From: Macrostomum hystrix
Taxonomy: Eukaryota; Animalia; Platyhelminthes
Assembly: GCA_950097015.1 (NCBI GenBank)
Contig: CATNEN010000024.1
Coordinates: 3,534,001 to 3,598,000 of the forward strand
Reading direction: 5' to 3'
DNA length: 64,000 bases
Below, piece after piece: positions 11,585-64,000 of the stretch. The position numbers were made by a program, and so were the translations under genes. Below the pieces are notes generated by a model. The model made no database searches, was not told where the DNA came from, and worked only from the letters and a program-made list of their open reading frames with translations. Every line of letters starts with the position of its first letter. The stretch's first letter is position 1.

Positions 11585-12290
11585 TTATGAGAGAGTGCTC
11601 ACATGTGAATGACAGTGTGCTCATATGGCAATGAGTGTGCTCACATGTGAATGACAGTGTGCTCATATGGCAATGAGTGTACTCACATGGCGATGAGTGT
11701 GCTCACTTGTGAATGAGTGTGCTCACATGTGAATAACAGTGAGCTCAAATGGCAATGAGTGTGCTCACTTGTGAATGAGTGTGCTCACTTGTGAATGACA
11801 GTGAGCTCATATGGCAATGAGTGTGCTCACTTGTGAATGAGTTTGCTCTCTTGTGAATAACAGTGAGCTCAAATGGCAATAAGTGTGCTCACTTGTGTAT
11901 GAGTTTGCTCTCTTGTGAATGACAGTGAGCTCATATGGCAATGAGTGTGCTCACTTGTGAATGAGTTTGCTCTCTTGTGAATAACAGTGAGCTCAAATGG
12001 CAATAAGTGTGCTCACTTGTGTATGAGTGTGCTCACATGTGAATGACAGTGTGCTGACATGTGAATGACAGTGTGCTGACATGTGAATGTCAGGGTGCTT
12101 ACATGTGAATGACAGTGTGCTCACATGTGAATATCAGGGTGCTTAAATGTGAATGAGTGTGCTCACTTGTGAATGACGGGGCGCTCCCATTTGAATGAGT
12201 GCTTATATCTGAATGACAGGGTGCTCCCATGTGAATGACATGTGCTCATTTATTAATGACAAGTGTGCTCATGTCTGAATGAATGAGAAT
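11585..12290. repeat. Minisatellite, 20-22-bp unit GTGCTCACATGTGAATGA(CA)
   Basis: Direct inspection; same family as 14495-15135. Confidence 0.9.
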
Positions 12291-13159
12291 TAAGCCTTAA
12301 CATAAGTTCAACGGTCAGTTTCTGGCATTCAGAAGAAGATACTAGAAGATTATTATTATTAGCACAACTGCTATCCTTCTGTATTGTGTGGCATCACAGA
12401 GTGAGAAATTAATTTTAGACTTCCATTCAGACCCAGACACAGTACTCAATCTGTTCTCAAGCAGAAATCTGAGAATACTTTGCCCCCTCTCCCCAACCAC
12501 CACCTCATAAAACAGATCCCTACAGTTGGGAACTGCTCAGCACTGGGGGTCACTATAGTCGGGTTCTGAGCCTCGATTTCCTGATCGCTCGCCCTCCTGG
12601 CTTCCCGCCCCCCGCCAACGGTCCGACCTCCGGAAGTTGCGAAACTTCATGGGTCTGAGGCTTAGACTGTTTTTTTAAACCTCGGAGAAGGAATGAGCGA
12701 AGGAATTCGTCAGATTTGCTGGCTTCAGACTGTGAATAATAAAACTGCTGCTTGAAATAGTTTGGGGAATCGGTGAGCGCGGAGCTGGGGTGGTCGCAGC
12801 TCAGGTAGGAGGGAACAAGTGCGCTAGGGATATGTTGACTAGACCCGAATCCCACACTCGTATACATGTTTGCTCTCGGGGGGCCAATGCTTAGCTAAGC
12901 TATGCATTCCACTCGCCCTGCTGCTGTTTTGCCCGCTCAGTTCTTAGCTCTTCTTTCTTAGAAATGTTCTTTCATTAGGCGAGACCATTGCTTCTGGCTG
13001 CAGCGCGCGCTGTCAGCTGACTGACAGTAAATTCTTCAAGTCTGGCAGGGTTAGACTGACAGTTTCTTATTTCACTGTCCTCAACTGCATCCGTCACTTG
13101 AGTCTCTGCTGTGCAATATTATGCTAGTATTGACTTATTTCTGACTTATGTCTCTCCCT

Positions 13160-13755
13160 AATCTCTAACCTCTAATCTAATCTCTACCTCTCTACCTCCC
13201 TCTACCTCTCTCTCTACCTCGCTCTACCTCTCTCTACCTCTCTACCTCTCTCTACCTCTTTCTACCTCTCTCTACCTCTCTCTACCTCTCTACCTCTTTC
13301 TACCTCTCTCTACCTCTCTCTACCTCTCTCTACCTCTCTACCTCTCTCTACCTCTCTACCTCTCTCTACCTCTCTCTACCTCTCTCTACCTCTCTACCTC
13401 TCTCTACCTCTCTACCTCTCTCTACCTCCTTCTACCTCTCTACCTCTCTCTACCTCTCTCTAACTCTCTCTACACTTTTTCTACCTCTCTCTACCTCTCT
13501 CTACCTCTCTCTACCTCTCTCTACCTCTCTCTACCTCTCTCTACCTCTCTCTACCTCTCTCTACCTCTCTCTACCTCTCTCTACCTCTCTCTCCCTCTCT
13601 CCCTCTCTCTACCTCTTTCTGCCTCTCTCTACCTTTTTCTACCTCTCTCTACCTCTCTCTACCTCTCTCTACCTCAGTGTCCTCTCTCTACCTCTCTCTA
13701 CCTCAGTGTCCTCTCTCTACCTCTCTCTACCTCTCTCCACCTCTCTCTCTACTTC
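13160..13755. repeat. CT-rich simple repeat (CTCTCTAC)n, 8-10-bp units
   Basis: Direct inspection. Confidence 0.93.
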
Positions 13756-14494
13756 TCTATGCCTCTGTATTCAGCCCATACAACATTTTTCTCTCTATTA
13801 ATCAAAAGCTAAACAGAAGGGGACTAAAAATCTGGTATCAGAGGCAACAGATTCATCGGCTCGCCTCCCATCTGTCCGTGGGCAGTCATCTGTCATAAAA
13901 AATGATCAAATCATTTGATATTTCAATATCAATATTTCGATTCGAAATTTGCTAATCTGTGAGCTGATTTTCCAGGAAATATGCTAGAGCAATTTAGTTA
14001 AAATGTACTTTCAAATTGATAAATATTTAGCTCAATCGCGTCGCTTAACCTTTCTGGTCGAGAGGGTGGACGAAGAAAATATGGACTAGATTTCGTTACC
14101 ATGGATTATCAAAGTACAAGTTAGACTAGCGTACTTTTGCCCTGATAATAATGGCGCATTCATTTTATAGCAAAAGTTTATCTAATCCTTATCTATCGTT
14201 GATGCTTTCAGAAGCCAAGGACTTCTATATTTAGCATATCCGTTATATATTAGATGCTTTCTATAGAAGTTCTTGGTTGGGGCTATGGGGTCAGATTTGG
14301 TGTCAGATTTCGAAATATCCCCGAGGCCAACACTGCTCCGCAACTGTTGTCTGATAAGCTAATAATATGCAATGCCATGGCCTGCTCAATCGATGCAACA
14401 CATGACGACAACGGGCGAACCGCTGTGGTTGCAGAACTCAGATTCACTGATGTACTTTGATATTATGCTAACATTCTAACTACCGATGAGTAAC

Positions 14495-15135
14495 AGAGTG
14501 CTCACTTGTAAATGAAAGCGTGCTCATATGTGAATGAGAGGGTGCTCATATGTGAATGACAGGGTGCTCATATGTGAATGACAGGGTGCTCATATGAGAA
14601 TGACAGTGTGCTCATATGAGAATGACAGTGTGCTCATATGAGAATGACAGGGTGCTCATATGAGAATGACAGGGTGCTCATATGTGAATGACAGGGTGCT
14701 CATATGTGAATGACAGGGTGCTCATATGTGAATGACAGGGTGCTCATATGTGAATGACAGTGTGCTCATATGTGAATGACAGTGTGCTCATATGTGAATG
14801 ACAGGGTGCTCATATGTGAATGACAGGGTGCTCATATGTGAATGACAGTGTGCTCATATGTGAATGACAGTGTGCTCATATGTGAATGACAGGGTGCTCA
14901 TATGTGAATGACAGTGTGCTCATATGTGAATGACAGTGTGCTCATATGTGAATGACAGGGTGCTCATATGTGAATGACAGCGTGCTCATATGTGAATGAC
15001 AGGGTGCTCATATGTGAATGACAGGGTGCTCATATGTGAATGACAGGGTGCTCATATGTGAATGACAGTGTGCTCATATGTGAATGACAGGGTGCTCATA
15101 TGAGAATGACAGGGTGCTCATATAAGAATTAATGG
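14495..15135. repeat. Minisatellite, 22-bp unit GTGCTCATATGTGAATGACAGG
   Basis: Direct inspection. Confidence 0.93.
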
Positions 15136-16054
15136 GTGCTGATATCTGATTGATGGAGTTCTCAAACTGTATTAAATTGTGCTCAAATCTGAAGGACGAT
15201 TACACATAACAAATATTTCGGGATTTTCATGTCGCGCCTGGTCTCTAGATTGGCGCACGAAATCCATCTTGTCCCATATCTCAAAGTTGAGCAGTCTATG
15301 GTGGTGTCAACAAATCAGTTTTCCTAGAATCCATCAATAGATTATTCGTATTGAACGCTAAATCAAGAAACAGAGCACGAATGATTGAATTGATTGCAAA
15401 GCTCGCCAACTAAAATCTTGCTTATCAATTGATCCACTATTTTCCCTCGAGCAGAGTAGAGTTAGACTGTCGGATCCCAACAGATGAGTTGGGCTTTTAT
15501 CCTAAACTTTGAGCAGTTAGCTGGGCCATATGAATTGCTGGCGAAACTTAGAGAAAGACGGAGCGGAGAGAAAAATTGCGCGTGTAAGATTGGGGCCTAG
15601 CGAAAGGAGATGCACCGAGGAAACTGTTTGCCTGATTAAGAATTAATTAAGGCTTAGAAAGGCACAGAAAGGCAGTTTAGTAACTGGGCACACTGGGAAC
15701 TGAGCAGTCATCCGTATGTTATGCGCGAACTGTTTCTTCCTGAGCTTCTTTTAGCTTTAAAGATATCAAACGAGATTTCTGCTTCTTTACCTCACTCCAC
15801 CCAATCAGCAGGTGGCAAAGTGTAAATAAATACTGGCCGCATATTTTGTGGAATAACTGGCTGCAGTGTACTATCTTGGGAGACGAAAGTCAACTACTCA
15901 CTTGAGGGTGCTCAAGGATCTGAATCTGTTCTCAAACCTTAATAGCGTCAATCTTCTGATAAGTCTCCAGGCTAATTCAACAATAATTATCTCCAGGCTA
16001 TTTATAGATAAGTTTCTTGAACTCATTGGTCTTTTTTTCTAGTCTAAATGCAGC

Positions 16055-18350
16055 GTTTGAGCAGTAGTCTCAACTCAAACTGAGCAGTAGTCTCAACTCA
16101 AACTGAGCAGTAGTCTCAACTCAAACTGAGCAGTAGTCTCAACTCAAACTGAGCAGTAGTCTCAACTCAAACTGAGCAGTAGTCTCAACTCAAACTGAGC
16201 TGTATTCTCAACTCAAACTGAGCTGTAGTCTCAACTCAAACTGAGCTGTATTCTCAACTCAAACTGAGCAGTAGTCTCAACTCAAACTGAGCTGTATTCT
16301 CAACTCAAACTGAGCTGTATTCTCAACTCAAGCTGAGCTGTATTCTCAACTCAAACTGAGCTGTATTCTCAACTCAAGCTGAGCTGTATTCTCAACTCAA
16401 ACTGAGCAGTATTCTCAACTCAAACTGAGCTGTATTCTCAACTCAAGCTGAGCTGTATTCTCAACTCAAACTGAGCAGTATTCTCAACTCAAACTGAGCT
16501 GTATTCTCAACTCAAGCTGAGCTGTATTCTCAACTCAAACTGAGCAGTATTCTCAACTCAAACTGAGCTGTATTCTCAACTCAAACTGAGCTGTATTCTC
16601 AACTCAAACTGAGCAGTAGTCTCAACTCAAACTGAGCTGTATTCTCAGCTCAAACTGAGCAGTAGTCTCAATTTAAACTGAACAGTTATTTACTACTCAA
16701 ACTGAGCAGTAGTCTCAATTTAAACTGAGCAGTAGTCTCAATTTAAACTGAGCAGTTATTTACTACTCAAACTGAGCTGTATTCTCAACTCAAACTGAGC
16801 AGTATTCTCAGCTCAAACTGAGCTGTATTCTCAACTCAAACTGAGCAGTAGTCTCAACTCAAACTGAGCTGTATTCTCAGCTCAAACTGAGCTGTATTCT
16901 CAACTCAAACTGAGCAGTAGTCTCAACTCAAACTGAGCTGTATTCTCAACTCAAACTGAGCTGTATTCTCAACTCAAGCTGAGCTGTATTCTCAACTCAA
17001 ACTGAGCTGTATTCTCAACTCAAGCTGAGCTGTATTCTCAACTCAAACTGAGCAGTAGTCTCAACTCAAACTGAGCTGTATTCTCAACTCAAACTGAGCT
17101 GTATTCTCAACTCAAGCTGAGCTGTATTCTCAACTCAAACTGAGCTGTATTCTCAACTCAAACTGAGCTGTATTCTCAACTCAAACTGAGCAGTAGTCTC
17201 AACTCAAACTGAGCTGTATTCTCAACTCAAACTGAGCTGTATTCTCAACTCAAGCTGAGCTGTATTCTCAACTCAAACTGAGCAGTATTCTCAACTCAAA
17301 CTGAGCTGTATTCTCAACTCAAGCTGAGCTGTATTCTCAACTCAAACTGAGCAGTATTCTCAACTCAAACTGAGCTGTATTCTCAACTCAAACTGAGCTG
17401 TATTCTCAACTCAAACTGAGCAGTAGTCTCAACTCAAACTGAGCTGTATTCTCAGCTCAAACTGAGCAGTAGTCTCAATTTAAACTGAACAGTTATTTAC
17501 TACTCAAACTGAGCAGTAGTCTCAATTTAAACTGAGCAGTAGTCTCAATTTAAACTGAGCAGTTATTTACTACTCAAACTGAGCTGTATTCTCAACTCAA
17601 ACTGAGCAGTATTCTCAGCTCAAACTGAGCTGTATTCTCAACTCAAACTGAGCAGTAGTCTCAACTCAAACTGAGCTGTATTCTCAACTCAAACTGAGCA
17701 GTATTCTCAACTCAAACTGAGCAGTAGTCTCAGCTCAAACTGAGCAGTATTCTCAACTCAAACTGAGCAGTAGTCTCAACTCAAACTGAGCAGTAGTCTT
17801 AACTCAAACTGAGCAGTAGTCACAACTCAAACTGAGCAGTAGTCTCAACTCAAACTGAGCAGTAGTCTCAACTCAAACTGAGCAGTAGTCTCAACTCAAA
17901 CTGAGCAGTAGTCTCAGCTCAAACTGAGCTGTATTCTCAACTCAAACTGAGCAGTAGTCTCAACTCAAACTGAGCAGTATTCTCAACTCAAACTGAGCTG
18001 TATTCTCAACTCAAACTGAGCAGTAGTCTCAACTCAAACTGAGCTGTATTCTCAACTCAAACTGAGCTGTATTCTCAGCTCAAACTGAGCTGTATTCTCA
18101 ACTCAAACTGAGCTGTATTCTCAACTCAAACTGAGCAGTAGTCTCAACTCAAACTGAGCTGTATTCTCAACTCAAACTGAGCTGTATTCTCAACTCAAAC
18201 TGAGCAGTAGTCTCAATTTAAACTGAGCAGTTATTTACTACTCAAACTGAGCTGTATTCTCAACTCAAACTGAGCTGTATTCTCAACTCAAATCGAGCAG
18301 GTATTTTCAACTCAAAGTCAGCTATATTCTCAAATCAAACTGACTAGTAT
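16055..18350. repeat. Minisatellite, 23-bp unit ACTCAAACTGAGCWGTAKTCTCA, ~100 copies
   Basis: Period 23 (16081, 16104). Confidence 0.96.
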
Positions 18351-18499
18351 TTTTCACTCAAATATACTCGTGATAATCGTTTTTAGGATTGCATCACAAT
18401 AAGCAGTTTTTATTATTAAAAAAACCATTGCCTGTTTCCTGCTTTTTGCTGTGTCTGTAACAAAAAAAGAAGAAAGGAATAAAAATAAATTGTTTTGGT

Positions 18500-18505
18500 T
18501 TTATT
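18500..18505 (-). promoter_or_regulatory. Candidate polyadenylation signal for CASK (would imply a ~1.5-kb 3' UTR)
   Basis: AATAAA on the minus strand followed by a U-rich tract (tttatttttattcctttcttctttttttg). Other candidate sites exist. Confidence 0.3.
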
Positions 18506-19189
18506 CTGAACTTTCTTAGTACTCGTGCGTCTTGCCATCCATGCAAAAACTCTTTGTAATGCTGGGACAATTTATGCTGACAAGACGAAAAAAGTTATAT
18601 TTTTTTATCACGCTCTCTAAGGTTAATGGGGATGCAACCAGCAGAGTAACACAATGTGTTTTTTTGACAACAGCTGGGGCGCGCAGAGTTTTAATTATAT
18701 GAATATGGTACTTGAAGCGCATTTGGCTACTTACAGTAATAACGATGGCAAATGCCAGTCAGTTATGGAGTTCAACAAAAAACTGATCCTACAATTTGTA
18801 ATTCAGTAACTAGAATTCTAAAATCCCAAAACACGGAAGAGCGGAAGAGGGTGCCGGCTGGTTTGATTATTTAAAAAATGGCTTCAAAACTGATTAGATA
18901 TAAAACAGACACAATGAGCTTGCTGATGAATAATTCTTAGTCTAACATGCTTGGTGTGCGTCAGTGCAATATCTCGGGATTGAAGAAACAAATTTTATTT
19001 GACATGAGACAATAATTTTAGACACCAAAACATGCAACTAAGAAAATTAGGGCTACTAATACCCTTTATGCCCTTTAGATCTCCCTTTCTCCCTTTCATT
19101 CTGACTGGCGTGCGGGCATTCTGATTGGTTGGAATTGTGTGTACATTGAACCCTACTACGACAGCCCCATACTCATTATTCAGCCACCA

Positions 19190-19670
19190 CACTCCCTGAT
19201 CTTCTTAACCCACCTCACTCCCTGCCTCTCTTAACCCCTTAGCCAACCCACCTCACTCCCTGCCTCTCTTAACCCCTCAGCCAATCACCTCACTCCCTGC
19301 CTCTCTTAACCCGTCAGCCAACCCACCTCACTCCCTGCCTCTCTTAACCCCTTAGCCATCCCACCTCACTTCCTGCCTCTCTTAACCCCTCAGCCATCCC
19401 ACCTCACTTCCTGCCTCTCTTAACCCCTCAGCCAACCCACCTCACTCCCTGCCTCTCTTAACCCGTCAGCCAACCCACCTCACTTCCTGCCTCTCTTAAC
19501 CCCTCAGCCATCCCACCTCACTTCCTGCCTCTCTTAACCCCTCAGCCAATCACCTCACTCTCTGCACTTCTTAACCCCTCAGCCAACCCACCTCACTCCC
19601 TGCCTCTCTTAACCCCTCAGCCAATCACCTCACTCTCTGCACTTCTTAACCCCTTAGCCAACCAACTCAT
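19190..19670. repeat. Minisatellite, 38-bp unit CCACCTCACTCCCTGCCTCTCTTAACCCCTCAGCCAAC
   Basis: Period 38 (19211, 19249). Confidence 0.93.
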
Positions 19671-20030
19671 TTCATAATCTTTCCGCACCTAATTTACCAT
19701 CCTACTCACCCGGTGATAACAAAACTTATCAGCTTCATTAGCGACCACGAGAAAGAGAGTGCAAATATTTTCACACACACACAGGTACTGCAAGCAAAGC
19801 AGTTTTATAGACAATAAACAGAACGGGATTCGTAAAAATAACAGTTTTAATTTACAATTAGAAATATTTAAATAACCTATGCAAAAATAATGGAGTGTTA
19901 GTCAGAAGAAAACGAAATAAAATTAGTCTTATAGCAGTGAATCTCGATCTGACAGGTTTATGTGACAGGTGTCTGAATGGAATCAGGACAGAATCTGTAA
20001 TGAACTACTCGAGGCGCTTGAAAATAATCC

Positions 20031-61763
<41,733 letters not shown>

Positions 61764-62109
61764 CTGCAATGGGAATTGGCGGTTTGGGTTGGGTCTGTAT
61801 GATTATTGAAAATTGGATTGCTGAAAATGCTCTCTATAAGAATGTTTGAGAAGTCAACTAGAGAGAAGGGTGGACGCAAAACAGCGTAGACTGTCACCGA
61901 AAATGGACATCGCGGGCCGAAACTATACAGCATAGTTACTACGCCCCGGAAGCAATTAGAGTCACACAGAGTGGGGATTTGATCGCCGCGTTCAGGGCAC
62001 GCAATGCATCTGCAAATCCTAAAATTTTACAATATTTAAAAAAGCAGCTAAGCTAACAAATGAGGCACATATTGAGGCTTTAGTGTCAAATTCCAAACAA
62101 ACCCACACA

Positions 62110-64000
62110 ATGGGTTGCTAATGATGTACATCTGATAGATTACAATTTGTGCAATCTAGACTGTTGCTAATGATGTACATCTGATAGATTACAAGTGGTG
62201 CAATCTAGACTGTTGCTAATGATGTACATCTGATAGATTACAATTTGTGCAATCTAGACTGTTGCTAATGATGTACATCTGATAGATTGCGAAAGGGATT
62301 GTTGCAAATGATGTACATCTGATAGATTACAATTGGTGCAATCTAGACTGTTGCTAATGATGTACATCTGATAGATTACAATTGGTGCAATCTAGACTGT
62401 TGCTAATGATGTACATCTGATAGATTGCGAAAGGGATTGTTGCAAATGATGTACATCTGATAGATTACAATTGGTGCAATCTAGACTGTTGCTAATGATG
62501 TACATCTGATAGATTGCGAAAGGGATTGCTGCTAATGATGTACATCTGATAGATTACAACTGGACTATTAGAAGTGGACTGTTGCTAATGATGTACATCT
62601 GATAGATTACAAGTGGTGCAATCTAGACTGTTGCTAATGATGTACATCTGATAGATTACAATTGGTGCAATCTAGACTGTTGCTAATGATGTACATCTGA
62701 TAGATTACAATTGGTGCAATCTAGACTGTTGGTAATGATGTACATCTGATAGATTACAATTTGTGCAATCTAGACTGTTGCTAATGATGTACATCTGATA
62801 GATTACAATTGGTGCAATCTAGACTGTTGCTAATGATGTACATCTGATAGATTACAATTTGTGCAATCTAGACTGTTGCTAATGATGTACATCTGATAGA
62901 TTACAATTTGTGCAATCTAGACTGTTGGTAATGATGTACATCTGATAGATTACAATTGGTGCAATCTAGACTGTTGCTAATGATGTACATCTGATAGATT
63001 ACAATTGGTGCAATCTAGACTGTTGCTAATGATGTACATCTGATAGATTGCGAAAGGGATTGCTGCTAATGATGTACATCTGATAGATTACAACTGGACT
63101 ATTAGAAGTGGACTGTTGCTAATGATGTACATCTGATAGATTACAAGTGGTGCAATCTAGACTGTTGCTAATGATGTACATCTGATAGATTACAATTGGT
63201 GCAATCTAGACTGTTGCTAATGATGTACATCTGATAGATTACAATTGGTGCAATCTAGACTGTTGCTAATGATGTACATCTGATAGATTACAAGTGGTGC
63301 AATCTAGACTGTTGCTAATGATGTACATCTGATAGATTACAATTGGTGCAATCAAGACTGTTGCTAATGATGTACATCTGATAGATTACAATTTGTGCAA
63401 TCTAGACTGTTGCTAATGATGTACATCTGATAGATTAAAATTTGTGCAATCTAGACTGTTGGTAATGATGTACATCTGATAGATTACAATTTGTGCAATC
63501 TAGACTGTTGCTAATGATGTACATCTGATAGATTAAAATTTGTGCAATCTAGACTGTTGGTAATGATGTACATCTGATAGATTACAATTGGTGCAATCTA
63601 GACTGTTGCTAATGATGTACATCTGATAGATTGCGAAAGGGATTGTTGCTAATGATGTACATCTGATAGATTACAAGTGGTGCAATTTAGACTGTTGCTA
63701 ATGATGTACATCTGATAGATTACAATTGGTGCAATCTAGACTGTTGCTAATGATGTACATCTGATAGATTACAATTGGTGCAATCTAGACTGTTGCTAAT
63801 GATGTACATCTGATAGATTGCGAAAGGGATTGCTGCTAATGATGTACATCTGATAGATTACAACTGGACTATTAGAAGTGGACTGTTGCTAATGATGTAC
63901 ATCTGATAGATTACAAGTGGTGCAATCTAGACTGTTGCTAATGATGTACATCTGATAGATTACAATTGGTGCAATCTAGACTGTTGCTAATGATGTACAT
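62110..64000. repeat. Satellite-like array, ~49-bp unit: constant GTTGCTAATGATGTACATCTGATAGATT plus a few recurring variable segments (runs off window)
   Basis: Period 49 (62161, 62210). Confidence 0.95.

Noticed and set aside
12553-12867. 104-aa ORF upstream of the GPCR
   Set aside because: No recognisable domain or splice support; may be 5' UTR or promoter sequence.
18516-18722. 68-aa minus-strand ORF followed by AATAAA
   Set aside because: AT-rich with homopolymer runs, unlike the codon usage of real exons here, and no recognisable homology; more simply CASK 3' UTR or intergenic DNA.
62110-64000. CRISPR-like repeat/spacer look
   Set aside because: The variable segments are only a handful of related, recurring sequences rather than unique spacers; the context is a eukaryotic intron with no cas genes.

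Overview
Eukaryotic (animal) genomic DNA. Roughly 40-45% of the window is tandem minisatellite (about 35 arrays, hand-estimated). The GC-rich, polyQ/polyA-rich exons and minisatellite-packed introns suggest a flatworm such as Macrostomum; this is inference, not verified. Two protein-coding genes are well supported, both on the minus strand. (1) A CASK/LIN-2 MAGUK gene: 14 exons reconstructed by hand with GT-AG sites and consistent phases, from 61763 down to the stop at 20031, encoding most of the CaMK-like domain, L27-L27, PDZ, SH3, HOOK and GUK. Its first exons lie beyond 64000. (2) An intronless alpha-2-adrenergic-like biogenic-amine GPCR at 8844-9980. The most notable observation is a 1617-nt low-complexity ORF (42935-44551) inside the 20.5-kb intron that splits the first L27 domain. 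It has an in-frame stop just upstream of its ATG and a phase-0 GT donor that joins the next CASK exon in frame, predicting a kinase-less 1085-aa CASK isoform with a novel 539-aa N-terminus. Also present: a tRNA-headed CORE-like SINE family with an invariant 14-bp palindrome, a second dispersed element carrying an HDV-ribozyme-like P3/L3 hairpin (incomplete fold), arrays that abut and apparently form splice acceptors, and a possible plus-strand spliced transcript near 7.0-7.6 kb. Most long ORFs in the supplied track are artefacts of tandem repeats. All coordinates were counted by hand; array edges are approximate (about +/-20 nt).
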